Position numbers and translations under genes: made by a program. Of a stretch of DNA of 41,815 bases, positions 34,177 through 41,815 are shown piece by piece. This DNA comes from Candidatus Latescibacterota bacterium (GTDB lineage: Bacteria > Latescibacterota > UBA2968 > UBA8231): contig JBAZUN010000002.1 in the NCBI GenBank assembly GCA_041661365.1, positions 1 to 41,815 on the forward strand, written 5' to 3'. Below the pieces are notes generated by a model that saw only the letters and a program-made list of their open reading frames with translations, was not told the origin of the DNA and ran no database searches. Numbering within the stretch: the stretch's first letter is position 1; the number at the start of each line of letters is the position of its first letter.

Positions 34177-36186
34177 CTACTCGTCAAGCAGGTCGCGCAC
34201 GGCCTGGGCGATGCGTTGCGGGCTCGGGGTCACCAGGGCTTCCAGCGGCGGGCTGTAGGGGGTGGGCACGTGAGCCCCGTGCAGCCGCCGCACTGGCGCG
34301 TCCAGCTCGTCGAAGCCGGATTCGGCCACCCGGCCGACGATCTCGCTGGCGAATCCGAACGGCCCGAAGTCCTCGTCGACCACCAGCAGGCGGCCGGTGC
34401 GGCCGACCGAGGCCAGGATCGTCTCCAGGTCCAGGGGCGCCACGGTCCGCGGGTCGATCAGCTCCACCTCGATCCCCTCGCGGGCCAACTCCTCGCTGGC
34501 CTGCAGGCTGTGGTGGACCATCAGGGCCAGAGCCACCACGGTGATGTCCCGGCCCGGGCGGACCACGCGCGCCCGGCCGAACTCGATCTCGTAGTCGTCC
34601 TCGGGCACCGGCCCCTTCACCCCCATCAGCTCCCGGTGCTCGAGGAAGAGGACCGGGTCCCGGCCGCGCAGGGCCCGGGTGAACAGCCCCTTGGCATCGT
34701 ACGGGGTGGACGGCACCGCGACCAAGAGCCCGGGGAAGTGGCCGTACATCGCGTAGTAGCTCCCCGAGTGGTGGGTGGCGGCCGAGTGACCGATGCCGAT
34801 GCAGCCGCGCAGCAGCACCGGCATGGCCAGCCGGCCGTTGCTGAGGAACTGGATCTTGGCGATCTGGTTGACCACCTCGCCCACCCCGTCGAGGATGAAG
34901 TCGGCGAACATGAAATCGACCACCGGCCGGGTCCCGGTCATGGCCGCGCCGCCGGCCAGGCCGACGAACCCCCGCTCGCAGATCGGGGTGTCGCAGAGCC
35001 GCACCGGACCGTACAGGTCGTACAGTCCGGTGGTGGTGGCGAAGTTTCCGCCCCGCTTGCCGATCCCCTCGCCCAGGACGAAGATCCCGGGGTCAGCGGC
35101 CATGGCCGCGACCAGGGCCTCGTGGGTGGCCTTGGTGTAGGAGATCTCGCGGCCGGTCTCGGGCGCCGGCGGCTCGGGCAGCGGGACCGCCTCGCTCACC
35201 ACGTGCTGGGCCAGGCGGTCCGGCTCGGGCCACGACTCAGATTCGGCGAAGCGCTGGGCCTCCTCGACCCGAGCCTGGATATTGGTCGTGATCGCCTCCA
35301 GCTCCTCGGGCTTGGCCAGCCCTGCTTCAAGCAGGTGGGTGCGCAACCGGGAGATCGGGCAGCGGGCCTTCCAACCTTCGACCTCCTCGCGGGTGCGGTA
35401 GGTGTAGTCGCCCATCCCTTCGGCGTGCGGCCGGGTGCGGTAGGTGACGCACTCGAGCAGGGTGGCCCCCTCGCCGGCCCGAGCCCGGGCCACGGCCTCG
35501 CCGGCGGCCCGGTGCACCGCCACCACGTCGTTCCCGTCCACCTGCACCCCGGGCAGACCGTAGGCCGCGGCGCGGGCCGCGATATTTGGATTGCCGGCCG
35601 AATAGGAGATCGGCACCTCGGTGGCGAACTGGTTGTTCTCGCAGACGAAGAGGACCGGGAGCTTCCAGATGCTGGCCATGTTGAGGCCCTCGTGGAAGGC
35701 CCCGTTGTTGGCGGCACCGTCGCCGAAGAAGGCCACGGCCACCCCGCCGTCCTGCCGCAGCTTGAAGGAGTACCCCCCGCCGGTCGCCTGCAGGATGCAC
35801 GGCCCGACGATCCCGCTGGTCCCCATCAGGCCGATCTCGGGGGCGAAGAGGTGCATGCTGCCGCCGCGACCGCCCGAGCACCCCGAGGCGCGGCCGAACA
35901 GCTCGGCAAAGAGCCGGCGCGGGTCCAGGCCCTTGGCCAGGGCATGGCCGTGCCCCCGATGGGTGCTGAAGACCACGTCCCGGGCGCTCAGGTGGGCGCA
36001 GACCCCGGTGGCGACCGCCTCTTCCCCTACATAGGTATGGCAGGCGCCGTGGACCAGGCCCCGCCCGTGGGCCCGGGCCAGTTGCTCCTCGCACTGCCGG
36101 ACCAGCACCATGGTGCGGTAGAGCGTCAGCAGGCCTTCCCGGTCGGGTTCGGCCCCTGCCGCGGACCGCTTCCTCTGCTTGCCCAT
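34177..36186 (-). CDS. fused E1 alpha-beta thiamine-diphosphate-dependent 2-oxoacid/acetoin-type dehydrogenase component
   Basis: Alpha part with GDGAANNGAFHEGLNMASIWKLPVLFVCENN (GDG-X-NN TPP motif). P/E-rich linker. Beta part (FVLGEGIGKRGGNFATTTGL...DTPICERGF...). ATG 36186 follows a GAGGGGGA. Confidence 0.9.
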   Translation of the reverse strand: MGKQRKRSAAGAEPDREGLLTLYRTMVLVRQCEEQLARAHGRGLVHGACHTYVGEEAVATGVCAHLSARDVVFSTHRGHGHALAKGLDPRRLFAELFGRASGCSGGRGGSMHLFAPEIGLMGTSGIVGPCILQATGGGYSFKLRQDGGVAVAFFGDGAANNGAFHEGLNMASIWKLPVLFVCENNQFATEVPISYSAGNPNIAARAAAYGLPGVQVDGNDVVAVHRAAGEAVARARAGEGATLLECVTYRTRPHAEGMGDYTYRTREEVEGWKARCPISRLRTHLLEAGLAKPEELEAITTNIQARVEEAQRFAESESWPEPDRLAQHVVSEAVPLPEPPAPETGREISYTKATHEALVAAMAADPGIFVLGEGIGKRGGNFATTTGLYDLYGPVRLCDTPICERGFVGLAGGAAMTGTRPVVDFMFADFILDGVGEVVNQIAKIQFLSNGRLAMPVLLRGCIGIGHSAATHHSGSYYAMYGHFPGLLVAVPSTPYDAKGLFTRALRGRDPVLFLEHRELMGVKGPVPEDDYEIEFGRARVVRPGRDITVVALALMVHHSLQASEELAREGIEVELIDPRTVAPLDLETILASVGRTGRLLVVDEDFGPFGFASEIVGRVAESGFDELDAPVRRLHGAHVPTPYSPPLEALVTPSPQRIAQAVRDLLDE

Positions 36187-36198
36187 CCGATCCCCCTC

Positions 36199-36236
36199 TT
36201 GACAATCATCATATGATCTGATGAAAATACTGTCAA
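36199..36236. promoter_or_regulatory. overlapping divergent promoters with a central palindrome (candidate GntR operator)
   Basis: Minus strand: TTGACA (36236-36231), 17-nt spacer, TATGAT (36213-36208). Plus strand: TTGACA (36199-36204), 18-nt spacer, GAAAAT (36223-36228). Perfect palindrome ATCATATGAT at 36208-36217. This is an AT-rich island in GC-rich DNA. Confidence 0.65.
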
Positions 36237-36332
36237 AGAAATTCTCCGGCAAGACTCCGGCGCCAGGTGATCCAGCCGCACCGGTGGCCGGAGCCGCTCC
36301 TGGCCTCGGCGCAGGGGCAGGTGGAGGACGAG

Positions 36333-37016
36333 ATGGAGCCGACGGTTCCCCGGCAGACCCTGGGCGAGGTGGTGGTGACCCGGGTCAAGCAGCTCATCGT
36401 GGACCAGGGACTCCAGCCAGGAGACCGTCTGCCCACCGAGCAGGAGCTGGCCGTGCGCTTCGGGGTCTCGCGGCTGAGCGTGCGCGAGGCTACCCGCACC
36501 CTGAACTTCCTGGGGATCATCCGCGCCGCCCCCCGCCGCGGCCTGACCGTGGGCGAATTCGACGTGACCCGGATCGCCGAGATCCTGGGGTACCACCATG
36601 CCCTGGTCCGGTACCCCGGCCGCCAGCTCGTGCAGGCCCGGCTGGTCATCGAGGTCGGCGCCCTGCCGTTCGCCGCCGAGCGATTGGCCGGCGAGCCCGA
36701 GCTGCGCGAGCATCTCCTGGAGCTGGCCGCGCGCACCGAGGATGAGACCTTGCCCGAGGCGTTCATCGAGGGGGAGATCGCCTTTCACCGGGCCCTGGTC
36801 GAGACCAGTGGGATCGGGCCGCTGGTGCTCTTCAGCGACATCCTGCACGCCTTCTTCCGGCGGTTCCAGGAGACCGTGGTGGCCCACCGGCACGACGAGG
36901 GGGTGAGGCAGCATTGCCAGCTCGTCGAGCTGCTAGGACGCGGCCGACTGGCTAAGGCCGAGGCCGTGCTGCGGGGCCATCTCCAGGCCTTCCTGGCCGC
37001 CGAGCAGGAAGGGTGA
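36333..37016 (+). CDS. GntR family (FadR-like C-terminal domain) transcriptional regulator
   Basis: PGDRLPTEQELAVRFGVSRLSVREATRTLNFLGII winged-HTH region and an all-helical C-terminal domain. GGAGGACGAG precedes the ATG. Confidence 0.9.
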   Translation: MEPTVPRQTLGEVVVTRVKQLIVDQGLQPGDRLPTEQELAVRFGVSRLSVREATRTLNFLGIIRAAPRRGLTVGEFDVTRIAEILGYHHALVRYPGRQLVQARLVIEVGALPFAAERLAGEPELREHLLELAARTEDETLPEAFIEGEIAFHRALVETSGIGPLVLFSDILHAFFRRFQETVVAHRHDEGVRQHCQLVELLGRGRLAKAEAVLRGHLQAFLAAEQEG

Positions 37017-37132
37017 GCGGACGCTCGCTGGACCCGGCCCGCGTGGCGGCGTTACCTTACCTCCCCGGCAGGACGCGACAGTAGACCACCGCGAGCCGGG
37101 GCGCCGCGGGGGTACCGGGAAAGGGGAATCGC

Positions 37133-37738
37133 GTGGTGCAGGGATCGGTGACCTGGGTCCTCGACGACCTCGAGCGCCTGCAGGCCGCCGGCTTTTCGGT
37201 CGAGGGCGCGCCTCGGGTCGCTCCCTGTCCGCTCGGCCGGGCCGTGGTCTTCAGCGGCGACCGCGACAGCCTGTGGCTGGAGACCAACCCGCTGGCCGGC
37301 CTGACCGCCTTCACCGTGGAGGTGGTCTTCCGGCCCGATCCCGGTGGCCTGACCGAGCAGCGGTTCCTGCATCTCGGGCAGCCCGACGGCGACCGCCTGC
37401 TCTTCGAGACCCGCCTGGTCGGTGCCGACTCCTGGTACCTGGACACCTTCATCCTGTCCGGAACCGCGGACAGCACCCTGCTCAATCGGAGATTCCCGCA
37501 TCCGACCGGTGCCTGGTACCACCTGGCCGCGGTCTGGGACGGCCGGCGTCACGCCAACTTCGTCGACGGCCGGCTCGAGCAGGAGGCACCGTTCGACTAC
37601 CACCCCGCGACCGGCGGCCGGACCTCGATCGGGGTGCGGCTCAACCGTGTCTGCTGGTTCCGCGGCGCGATCCACCGCATCCAGATCACCCCCGAGGCCC
37701 TGGATCCCGAGCGCTTCACCCGGCCTAGAGCCACCTAA
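37133..37738 (+). CDS. LamG/concanavalin-A-like lectin-fold domain protein, no signal peptide
   Basis: FTVEVVFRPD...QRFLHLG...WYHLAAVWDG...NFVDG...IGVRLN...FRGAIHRIQIT pattern of Laminin_G_3-type domains. Confidence 0.7.
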   Translation: MVQGSVTWVLDDLERLQAAGFSVEGAPRVAPCPLGRAVVFSGDRDSLWLETNPLAGLTAFTVEVVFRPDPGGLTEQRFLHLGQPDGDRLLFETRLVGADSWYLDTFILSGTADSTLLNRRFPHPTGAWYHLAAVWDGRRHANFVDGRLEQEAPFDYHPATGGRTSIGVRLNRVCWFRGAIHRIQITPEALDPERFTRPRAT

Positions 37739-37760
37739 CGCGCCCAACGGAGGAGCACCG

Positions 37761-39005
37761 ATGCCCGTCAGCAAGAAGGACCGCGAGATCATCCGTAGCC
37801 TGGCCGCCGAGGTGGCCGAGATCGCCGCGCTGCCCGTTCAGCAGGAGACCATCAGCCTGTGGAAGGCGCTCAACGGGCTGCGGCCGGTCCGGCCGATGGT
37901 GATGATCGACCAGGTCTGCTGGCACGAGATGGAGGTCGACGGCGAATTGACGGTCCGGTCCGAGGATCCGTTCTGCCGCGGCCTGGAGGGCGGGCTGCGC
38001 CGCACCCTGTACTCGTGGAAGCACATGCCCGGGGACATGGTCGTCGAGCCGGTGATCGAGGTCGGCAAGGCGATCCGCAATACCGGGTTCGGGGTGCAGA
38101 CGATCGAGCAGACCGCGGCCACCGACCCGAAGAACGGGGTCGTGGGTCACTACTACATCGACCAGATCCGGGACGAGGGGGAGCTGGAGAAGATCCAGAC
38201 CCCGCGGATCAGCCACGACGAGGCCGCCACGGCGGAGCTGGAGGCCAAGGCGCGGGAGCTGTTCGACGGCCTCCTCGAGGTGAAGATGCAGGGGGCCTTC
38301 CCCTCGTTCGCGCCTTGGGATGCCATCGTCCAGTGGCGCGGGGTCGAGGGGCTGCTCTACGACCTGGCCGACCGGCCCGAGTTCATGCACCGGATCATCG
38401 GCCGGCTGACCACGGCCTATCTGTCGATGCTCGACCAGCTCGAGGCTCAGGGGCTCCTCGGCCACGGGCAGGCCACCATCCACTGCACCGGGGCGTACAC
38501 CGACGAGCTGCCGGCCCCGGGGTTCGATCCGGCGCGGCCCCGGGCCTGCGACCTGTGGACCTGCGGCATGGCCCAGATCTTCTCTACGGTCGGCCCGGCC
38601 ACCCACCAGGAGTTCGAGCTGGCCTACGCGCGGCAGTGGTACGCCCGCTTCGGCCTGGTCTACTACGGGTGCTGCGAGCCGCTGGACGAGAAGATCGCGA
38701 TCATCCGCCAGGTGCCCGGGGTGCGCAAGATCAGCATGAGCCCCTGGGTCGACCAGGAGCGCGGGGCCGAGCGGATCGGGGGCGACTTCGTCTTCTCGCG
38801 CAAGCCGTCACCGGCCTTCCTGGCGATCCGGCAGTGGGAACCGGCCGCGGTCGAGCGCGACCTGCGGCGGACTCTGGAGACCTGCCGGCGCCACGGCTGC
38901 CCGCTGGAGTTCATCCTCAAGGACATCAGCACCGTGGCGTACCAACCGCAGCGGCTGTGGGAGTGGGCCGCGATCGCCGCACGCGTAGTCCGCGAGAGTG
39001 CCTGA
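37761..39005 (+). CDS. hypothetical protein, possibly a distant URO-D/MtaA-like TIM barrel
   Basis: AGGAG RBS and natural composition. The C-terminal part (VRKISMSPWVD...FVFSRKPSPAF...EFILKDISTV) is only loosely reminiscent of URO-D-superfamily barrels, so the assignment is weak. Confidence 0.65.
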   Translation: MPVSKKDREIIRSLAAEVAEIAALPVQQETISLWKALNGLRPVRPMVMIDQVCWHEMEVDGELTVRSEDPFCRGLEGGLRRTLYSWKHMPGDMVVEPVIEVGKAIRNTGFGVQTIEQTAATDPKNGVVGHYYIDQIRDEGELEKIQTPRISHDEAATAELEAKARELFDGLLEVKMQGAFPSFAPWDAIVQWRGVEGLLYDLADRPEFMHRIIGRLTTAYLSMLDQLEAQGLLGHGQATIHCTGAYTDELPAPGFDPARPRACDLWTCGMAQIFSTVGPATHQEFELAYARQWYARFGLVYYGCCEPLDEKIAIIRQVPGVRKISMSPWVDQERGAERIGGDFVFSRKPSPAFLAIRQWEPAAVERDLRRTLETCRRHGCPLEFILKDISTVAYQPQRLWEWAAIAARVVRESA

Positions 39006-39060
39006 GGCGAAGATCGGTAAGGCTGCCAGCGGGCAAACCTCAGGGAGAGGAGAGAGACCG

Positions 39061-39708
39061 ATGGAACGGTTGTCCCGGCTGCTGCAGTCGGCTGCCCCGG
39101 TCAAGTGGCTGTTCTACGGGGACAGCATCACCCACGGAGCCCTGCATACGTTTGGGGTGCGCGACTACACCGAGGTCTTTGCCGAGCGGGTCCGCTTCGA
39201 GTTGGGTCGCGGCCTGGACGTAGTGATCAACACCGCCATCAGCGGCCACAATACCCGCCTGCTGCTCGAGCAGTTCGACTGGCGCGTGGGGCAGTTCGCG
39301 CCCCAGGCCGTCTTCGTCATGATCGGGATGAACGACTGCTCCGCGGCCAGCGGCATTTCGGTTGCCGAGTTCAGCGCCAACCTGGAGACCCTGGTCTCGC
39401 GGATCGCGGGACTGGGTGGCCAGACCGTGCTGCAGACCACCTGCCCGATCCTGCCCGGCGCCGCGCCCGACCGGGAGGCGGGGTTCGGGGCGTACATGGA
39501 GGCGGTGCGGCAGGTCGCGGCCCGGACCGGTGCGCCGCTGGTCGACCACGAGCGGTTCTGGCGGGAGCGGGTCGACCGTCACTACTACTGGATGAGCGAC
39601 GCCTTCCACCCCAACGAGTACGGCCACCGGGCCTTTGCCCATCTGCTCTTCGAGGCCCTGGGGATCGCCGACCCGCAGAGCCACTGCTGCCGGCTGTTCC
39701 GGCCGTAA
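39061..39708 (+). CDS. SGNH/GDSL hydrolase family protein
   Basis: FYGDSITHG (block I), ISGHNT (block II), IGMNDC (block III), DAFHPN (block V DxxH). Confidence 0.85.
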   Translation: MERLSRLLQSAAPVKWLFYGDSITHGALHTFGVRDYTEVFAERVRFELGRGLDVVINTAISGHNTRLLLEQFDWRVGQFAPQAVFVMIGMNDCSAASGISVAEFSANLETLVSRIAGLGGQTVLQTTCPILPGAAPDREAGFGAYMEAVRQVAARTGAPLVDHERFWRERVDRHYYWMSDAFHPNEYGHRAFAHLLFEALGIADPQSHCCRLFRP

Positions 39709-39726
39709 AGGGCGCCGGGCGGGGGC

Positions 39727-39858
39727 CTATCCCGTGGACAGCAGTAGGCGGCCCAGCAGCGACTGCAGGTCGCGGCGGCCATCGGCGATGAGGTGGACCT
39801 AGACGCGGCCGCCCACCACGCGATAGATGATGCCAGGCGTTGCGGTGCTGCAGCCCGG
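39727..39858 (-). pseudogene. C-terminal remnant of a ParE/RelE-family toxin with an in-frame TAG
   Basis: The minus strand reads ...TPGIIYRVVGGRV*VHLIADGRRDLQSLLGRLLLSTG*. This resembles the ...YRV..d.v.vl.v.HgRRDl..ll C-terminus of ParE toxins. The N-terminal two thirds are absent. Confidence 0.4.
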
Positions 39859-40080
39859 TCAGCGGCGGCCGCCGAGCTGCGTTTCGAGCTTGCGAAGGCG
39901 CGACATGGCCCGCATCCAGGAGACCAGGAGGATGAGCGAGATGGCCCCCAGGATCAGGGCGCCCATCGTGTCTCTCAGGTTGATCGTGGGATTGTTGGAG
40001 CGATAGTCCCGGCAGTGATGCAGGGGCAGGTCTTCCTTGGCCGGATCGATCGGCTCGTCATTCATGGTATATGGCTCCAT
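39859..40080 (-). CDS. small single-TM hypothetical protein (73 aa)
   Basis: One hydrophobic helix (MGALILGAISLILLVSWM) followed by a basic tail. Starts 4 nt after the flavodoxin-like gene. Local GC is lower. Confidence 0.35.
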   Translation of the reverse strand: MEPYTMNDEPIDPAKEDLPLHHCRDYRSNNPTINLRDTMGALILGAISLILLVSWMRAMSRLRKLETQLGGRR

Positions 40081-40083
40081 TGG

Positions 40084-40578
40084 TCAGGCCTGACCGAAGA
40101 GCTCGACGGCCTTGGCCGCGATGTTGCGACCCAGCTTGAGGCAGCGGTCGTGGGACAGGGCGTCCTGGGGCGCCTTGGTGGACACGGCGCCGAAGTGCAG
40201 GAAGGGCATCCCCTCGGAGATGCCGCCCGAGTATACCAACATCCCGTGCACCAGCAGCGCGGCGATGATCGACATCTCGGCGAAGCTCCCTCCCCCGCCG
40301 CCCGGCCAGTTCTGCGACACGAACACCCCGGCCAGCTTGCCGGCCAGCCCGCGGGGCTCGGTGTCCAGGTACCTCTTCATCTGCCAACTGCAGGTCCCCT
40401 CGTAGGTCGGCGAGCCGAGGATCACGGCCCGGGCCTCCTCGACCCAGGTCGGGTCGACCTGGTCGATGGACATGCAGCGCGCCTCGACGCCTGCCACCTG
40501 CTGGCATCCGTCCCGGACCAGCTCGGCCATCCGCCGCGTGTTGCCGGTCTCGGAGTGGTAGATCACGGCGATCTTCAT
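40084..40578 (-). CDS. flavodoxin-fold FMN protein (flavodoxin/WrbA-like)
   Basis: MKIAVIYHSETGNTRRMAE N-terminus and GSPTYEGTCSWQMK. GAGGAGGAAG RBS. The upstream part of track ORF 40084..40770 is discarded. Confidence 0.85.
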   Translation of the reverse strand: MKIAVIYHSETGNTRRMAELVRDGCQQVAGVEARCMSIDQVDPTWVEEARAVILGSPTYEGTCSWQMKRYLDTEPRGLAGKLAGVFVSQNWPGGGGGSFAEMSIIAALLVHGMLVYSGGISEGMPFLHFGAVSTKAPQDALSHDRCLKLGRNIAAKAVELFGQA

Positions 40579-40768
40579 CCGCTTCCTCCTCGTCAAGCGT
40601 CGGCTCCCGGCCCCGACGCGATGCAGTATAGTAGGCACCGAGCCGGCGCCTGTCATCCCGCCGGGCGCGGCTCTGGGATGGTGTCCGTGCTGACGGGAGT
40701 CCGCATAGGCAGTCGAGTCGTCCCGGCCGATGGGGCGATGGTGCAGAACAACCAGGGGAGCGTGGATC

Positions 40769-41815
40769 ATGTCCAGGCCAATGGGCGTTGCCGGGCAGGT
40801 CGGCCGGATCTACGGTGAGCCGGTCGAGCTGAACGGCCGGTTCATCTACTTCACGAGCTGGAAGTACGTCAGGCAGGGATCTTTTTCGTGGCAGGTCGAG
40901 GTGGCCCCGGACGCCACGGAGGCGGAGAGGAACGTGGGCGCCTGGTTGGCCGGTGACGGGACCCGGCCGGCCCGCTTCGTCCCGAACGGCATGCCGCGGG
41001 GGAGCCGGCTCGAGGCCCAGCCGGCCCGGAAGGTGCCGTTCGCGCCGGGCCAGGTCGCCGCGACCCTGTTCGACGACGGCAGGTACAAGGCCTGGTACAC
41101 CCAGGCGGCCTGTGCCCAGCCGGAGCCGTTCAGCACCAAGGATCGGATCCTGCCGGGGCACAACAGCCACCTGTGCTACGCCGAGTCGCCGGACGGCGTC
41201 GCGTGGGAGTTCCCCAGGCTCGGCCTGTTCGAGAGCGCCGGGAGCCGGGACAACAACATCGTCTTCCGGGGCGACCTCGACGGCTCCACGCGGGGCCTGC
41301 ACACCGCCTGCGTGTTCGTCGATCCCACCTCTCCGGCCGAGCGCTACAAGCTGTTCTACCTGGGTATCCTCTCCGAGGGGGAGTGGGAGGCCTTTGCCGC
41401 GAGATACCCCGGCGAGGTGGACAGCATGGCGCGGCGCCGGGACGTGGGTGGCTTCCGCTGCGTGATGGGGGTGTTCGGCGCGGTCTCCCCGGACGGGATC
41501 CACTGGCGATCCAGGCCGGAGCCCCTGATGGTCCAGCACGCCGACACCCACAATACCTGCGAGTACGACGCGGAGAGAGGGGAATACGTGGCCTACGTCC
41601 GCGCCTGGCAGGTCGGCGCCAAGGCGCCCGGGTTCGAGCAGGAGGGACCGGATAACTGGATCGGCGTGGGCCGGCGCTCGATCGGCCGCTCGACGAGCCG
41701 GGATTACCGGCATTTCGGCAGGACCGAGGTGGTGATGAGCACCGGGGCCGACATGCCCCCGAGCCATCTCTACTACACCAACGGCAAGACCGTCCTGCCC
41801 GGGGCGCCGGACAAC
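40769..41815 (+). CDS. 3'-partial hypothetical protein with SPDG-x-x-W repeats (glycosidase-like beta-propeller?), missing from the ORF track
   Basis: Frame open from 40709 to the window end. ATG 40769 lies 8 nt after GGGGAG. Natural composition with YAESPDGVAWEF and AVSPDGIHWRS motifs. Confidence 0.7.
   Translation, partial: MSRPMGVAGQVGRIYGEPVELNGRFIYFTSWKYVRQGSFSWQVEVAPDATEAERNVGAWLAGDGTRPARFVPNGMPRGSRLEAQPARKVPFAPGQVAATLFDDGRYKAWYTQAACAQPEPFSTKDRILPGHNSHLCYAESPDGVAWEFPRLGLFESAGSRDNNIVFRGDLDGSTRGLHTACVFVDPTSPAERYKLFYLGILSEGEWEAFAARYPGEVDSMARRRDVGGFRCVMGVFGAVSPDGIHWRSRPEPLMVQHADTHNTCEYDAERGEYVAYVRAWQVGAKAPGFEQEGPDNWIGVGRRSIGRSTSRDYRHFGRTEVVMSTGADMPPSHLYYTNGKTVLPGAPDN

Noticed and set aside
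36187-36252. Upstream ATG (36252) for the E1 gene, adding MPENFFDSIFIRSYDDCQEGDR
   Set aside because: This stretch is the AT-rich promoter/operator region (TTGACA-17-TATGAT). ATG 36186 has a GAGGGGGA RBS.
36267-36332. GTG 36267 as the start of the GntR regulator
   Set aside because: It has no RBS. ATG 36333 follows GGAGGACGAG and gives the normal ~10-aa lead before the winged-HTH.
39727-40080. Intact toxin-antitoxin pair (small ORF as antitoxin, ParE as toxin)
   Set aside because: The toxin part lacks its N-terminus and has an in-frame TAG. The upstream small ORF has a TM helix and no RHH/Phd/AbrB-like features.
1-41815. rRNA, tRNA, tmRNA, reverse transcriptase/DGR or Cas genes
   Set aside because: None was recognised on either strand. 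There is no cloverleaf-like conserved tRNA box, no RT motif (YxDD) ORF and no cas-like ORF.

Overview
GC-rich bacterial chromosomal segment that uses Shine-Dalgarno sites; the taxon cannot be assigned by eye. I saw no rRNA, tRNA or CRISPR array. About 40 protein genes are credible; most other long ORFs in the track are antisense or off-frame artefacts of the GC bias. Two real ORFs are open at the window edges and absent from the track: frame 2 at the 5' end (2..1222) and 40769..41815 at the 3' end. Left third (1-16.6 kb): a PD40/TolB-like protein with a 36-nt coding tandem repeat, a secreted protein with a sorting-signal-like tail, an M20 peptidase, a PhyH dioxygenase, a tandem-GGDEF protein overlapping PCuAC and followed by SCO1 copper chaperones, a YkgJ Cys-cluster protein, a URO-D/MtaA-like protein, cydABDC overlapping nfuA, and an HxpB-like phosphatase. 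Centre (16.6-23.3 kb): an alpha/alpha-toroid-like unknown, a SulP-STAS-cNMP transporter, then a visibly more AT-rich scar. The scar holds a PD40 fragment, an IstB-like fragment, the N-terminal domain of a tyrosine integrase, and a ~397-aa orphan gene. Right half (23.3-36.2 kb, minus strand): a tightly packed 11-gene operon behind a near-consensus promoter, divergent from a GntR/FadR regulator. It encodes fused E1 alpha-beta, E2, a 2-hydroxyacid dehydrogenase, an Ldh_2 dehydrogenase, two URO-D/MtaA-like proteins, a KDPG-type aldolase, OsmC, an SDR, a 583-aa beta-propeller and a 500-aa unknown. I consider this operon the best candidate for an undescribed cytoplasmic catabolic system, with the orphan cassette in the mobile-element scar second. 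All functional calls come from motif and family recognition by eye; no database search was possible.
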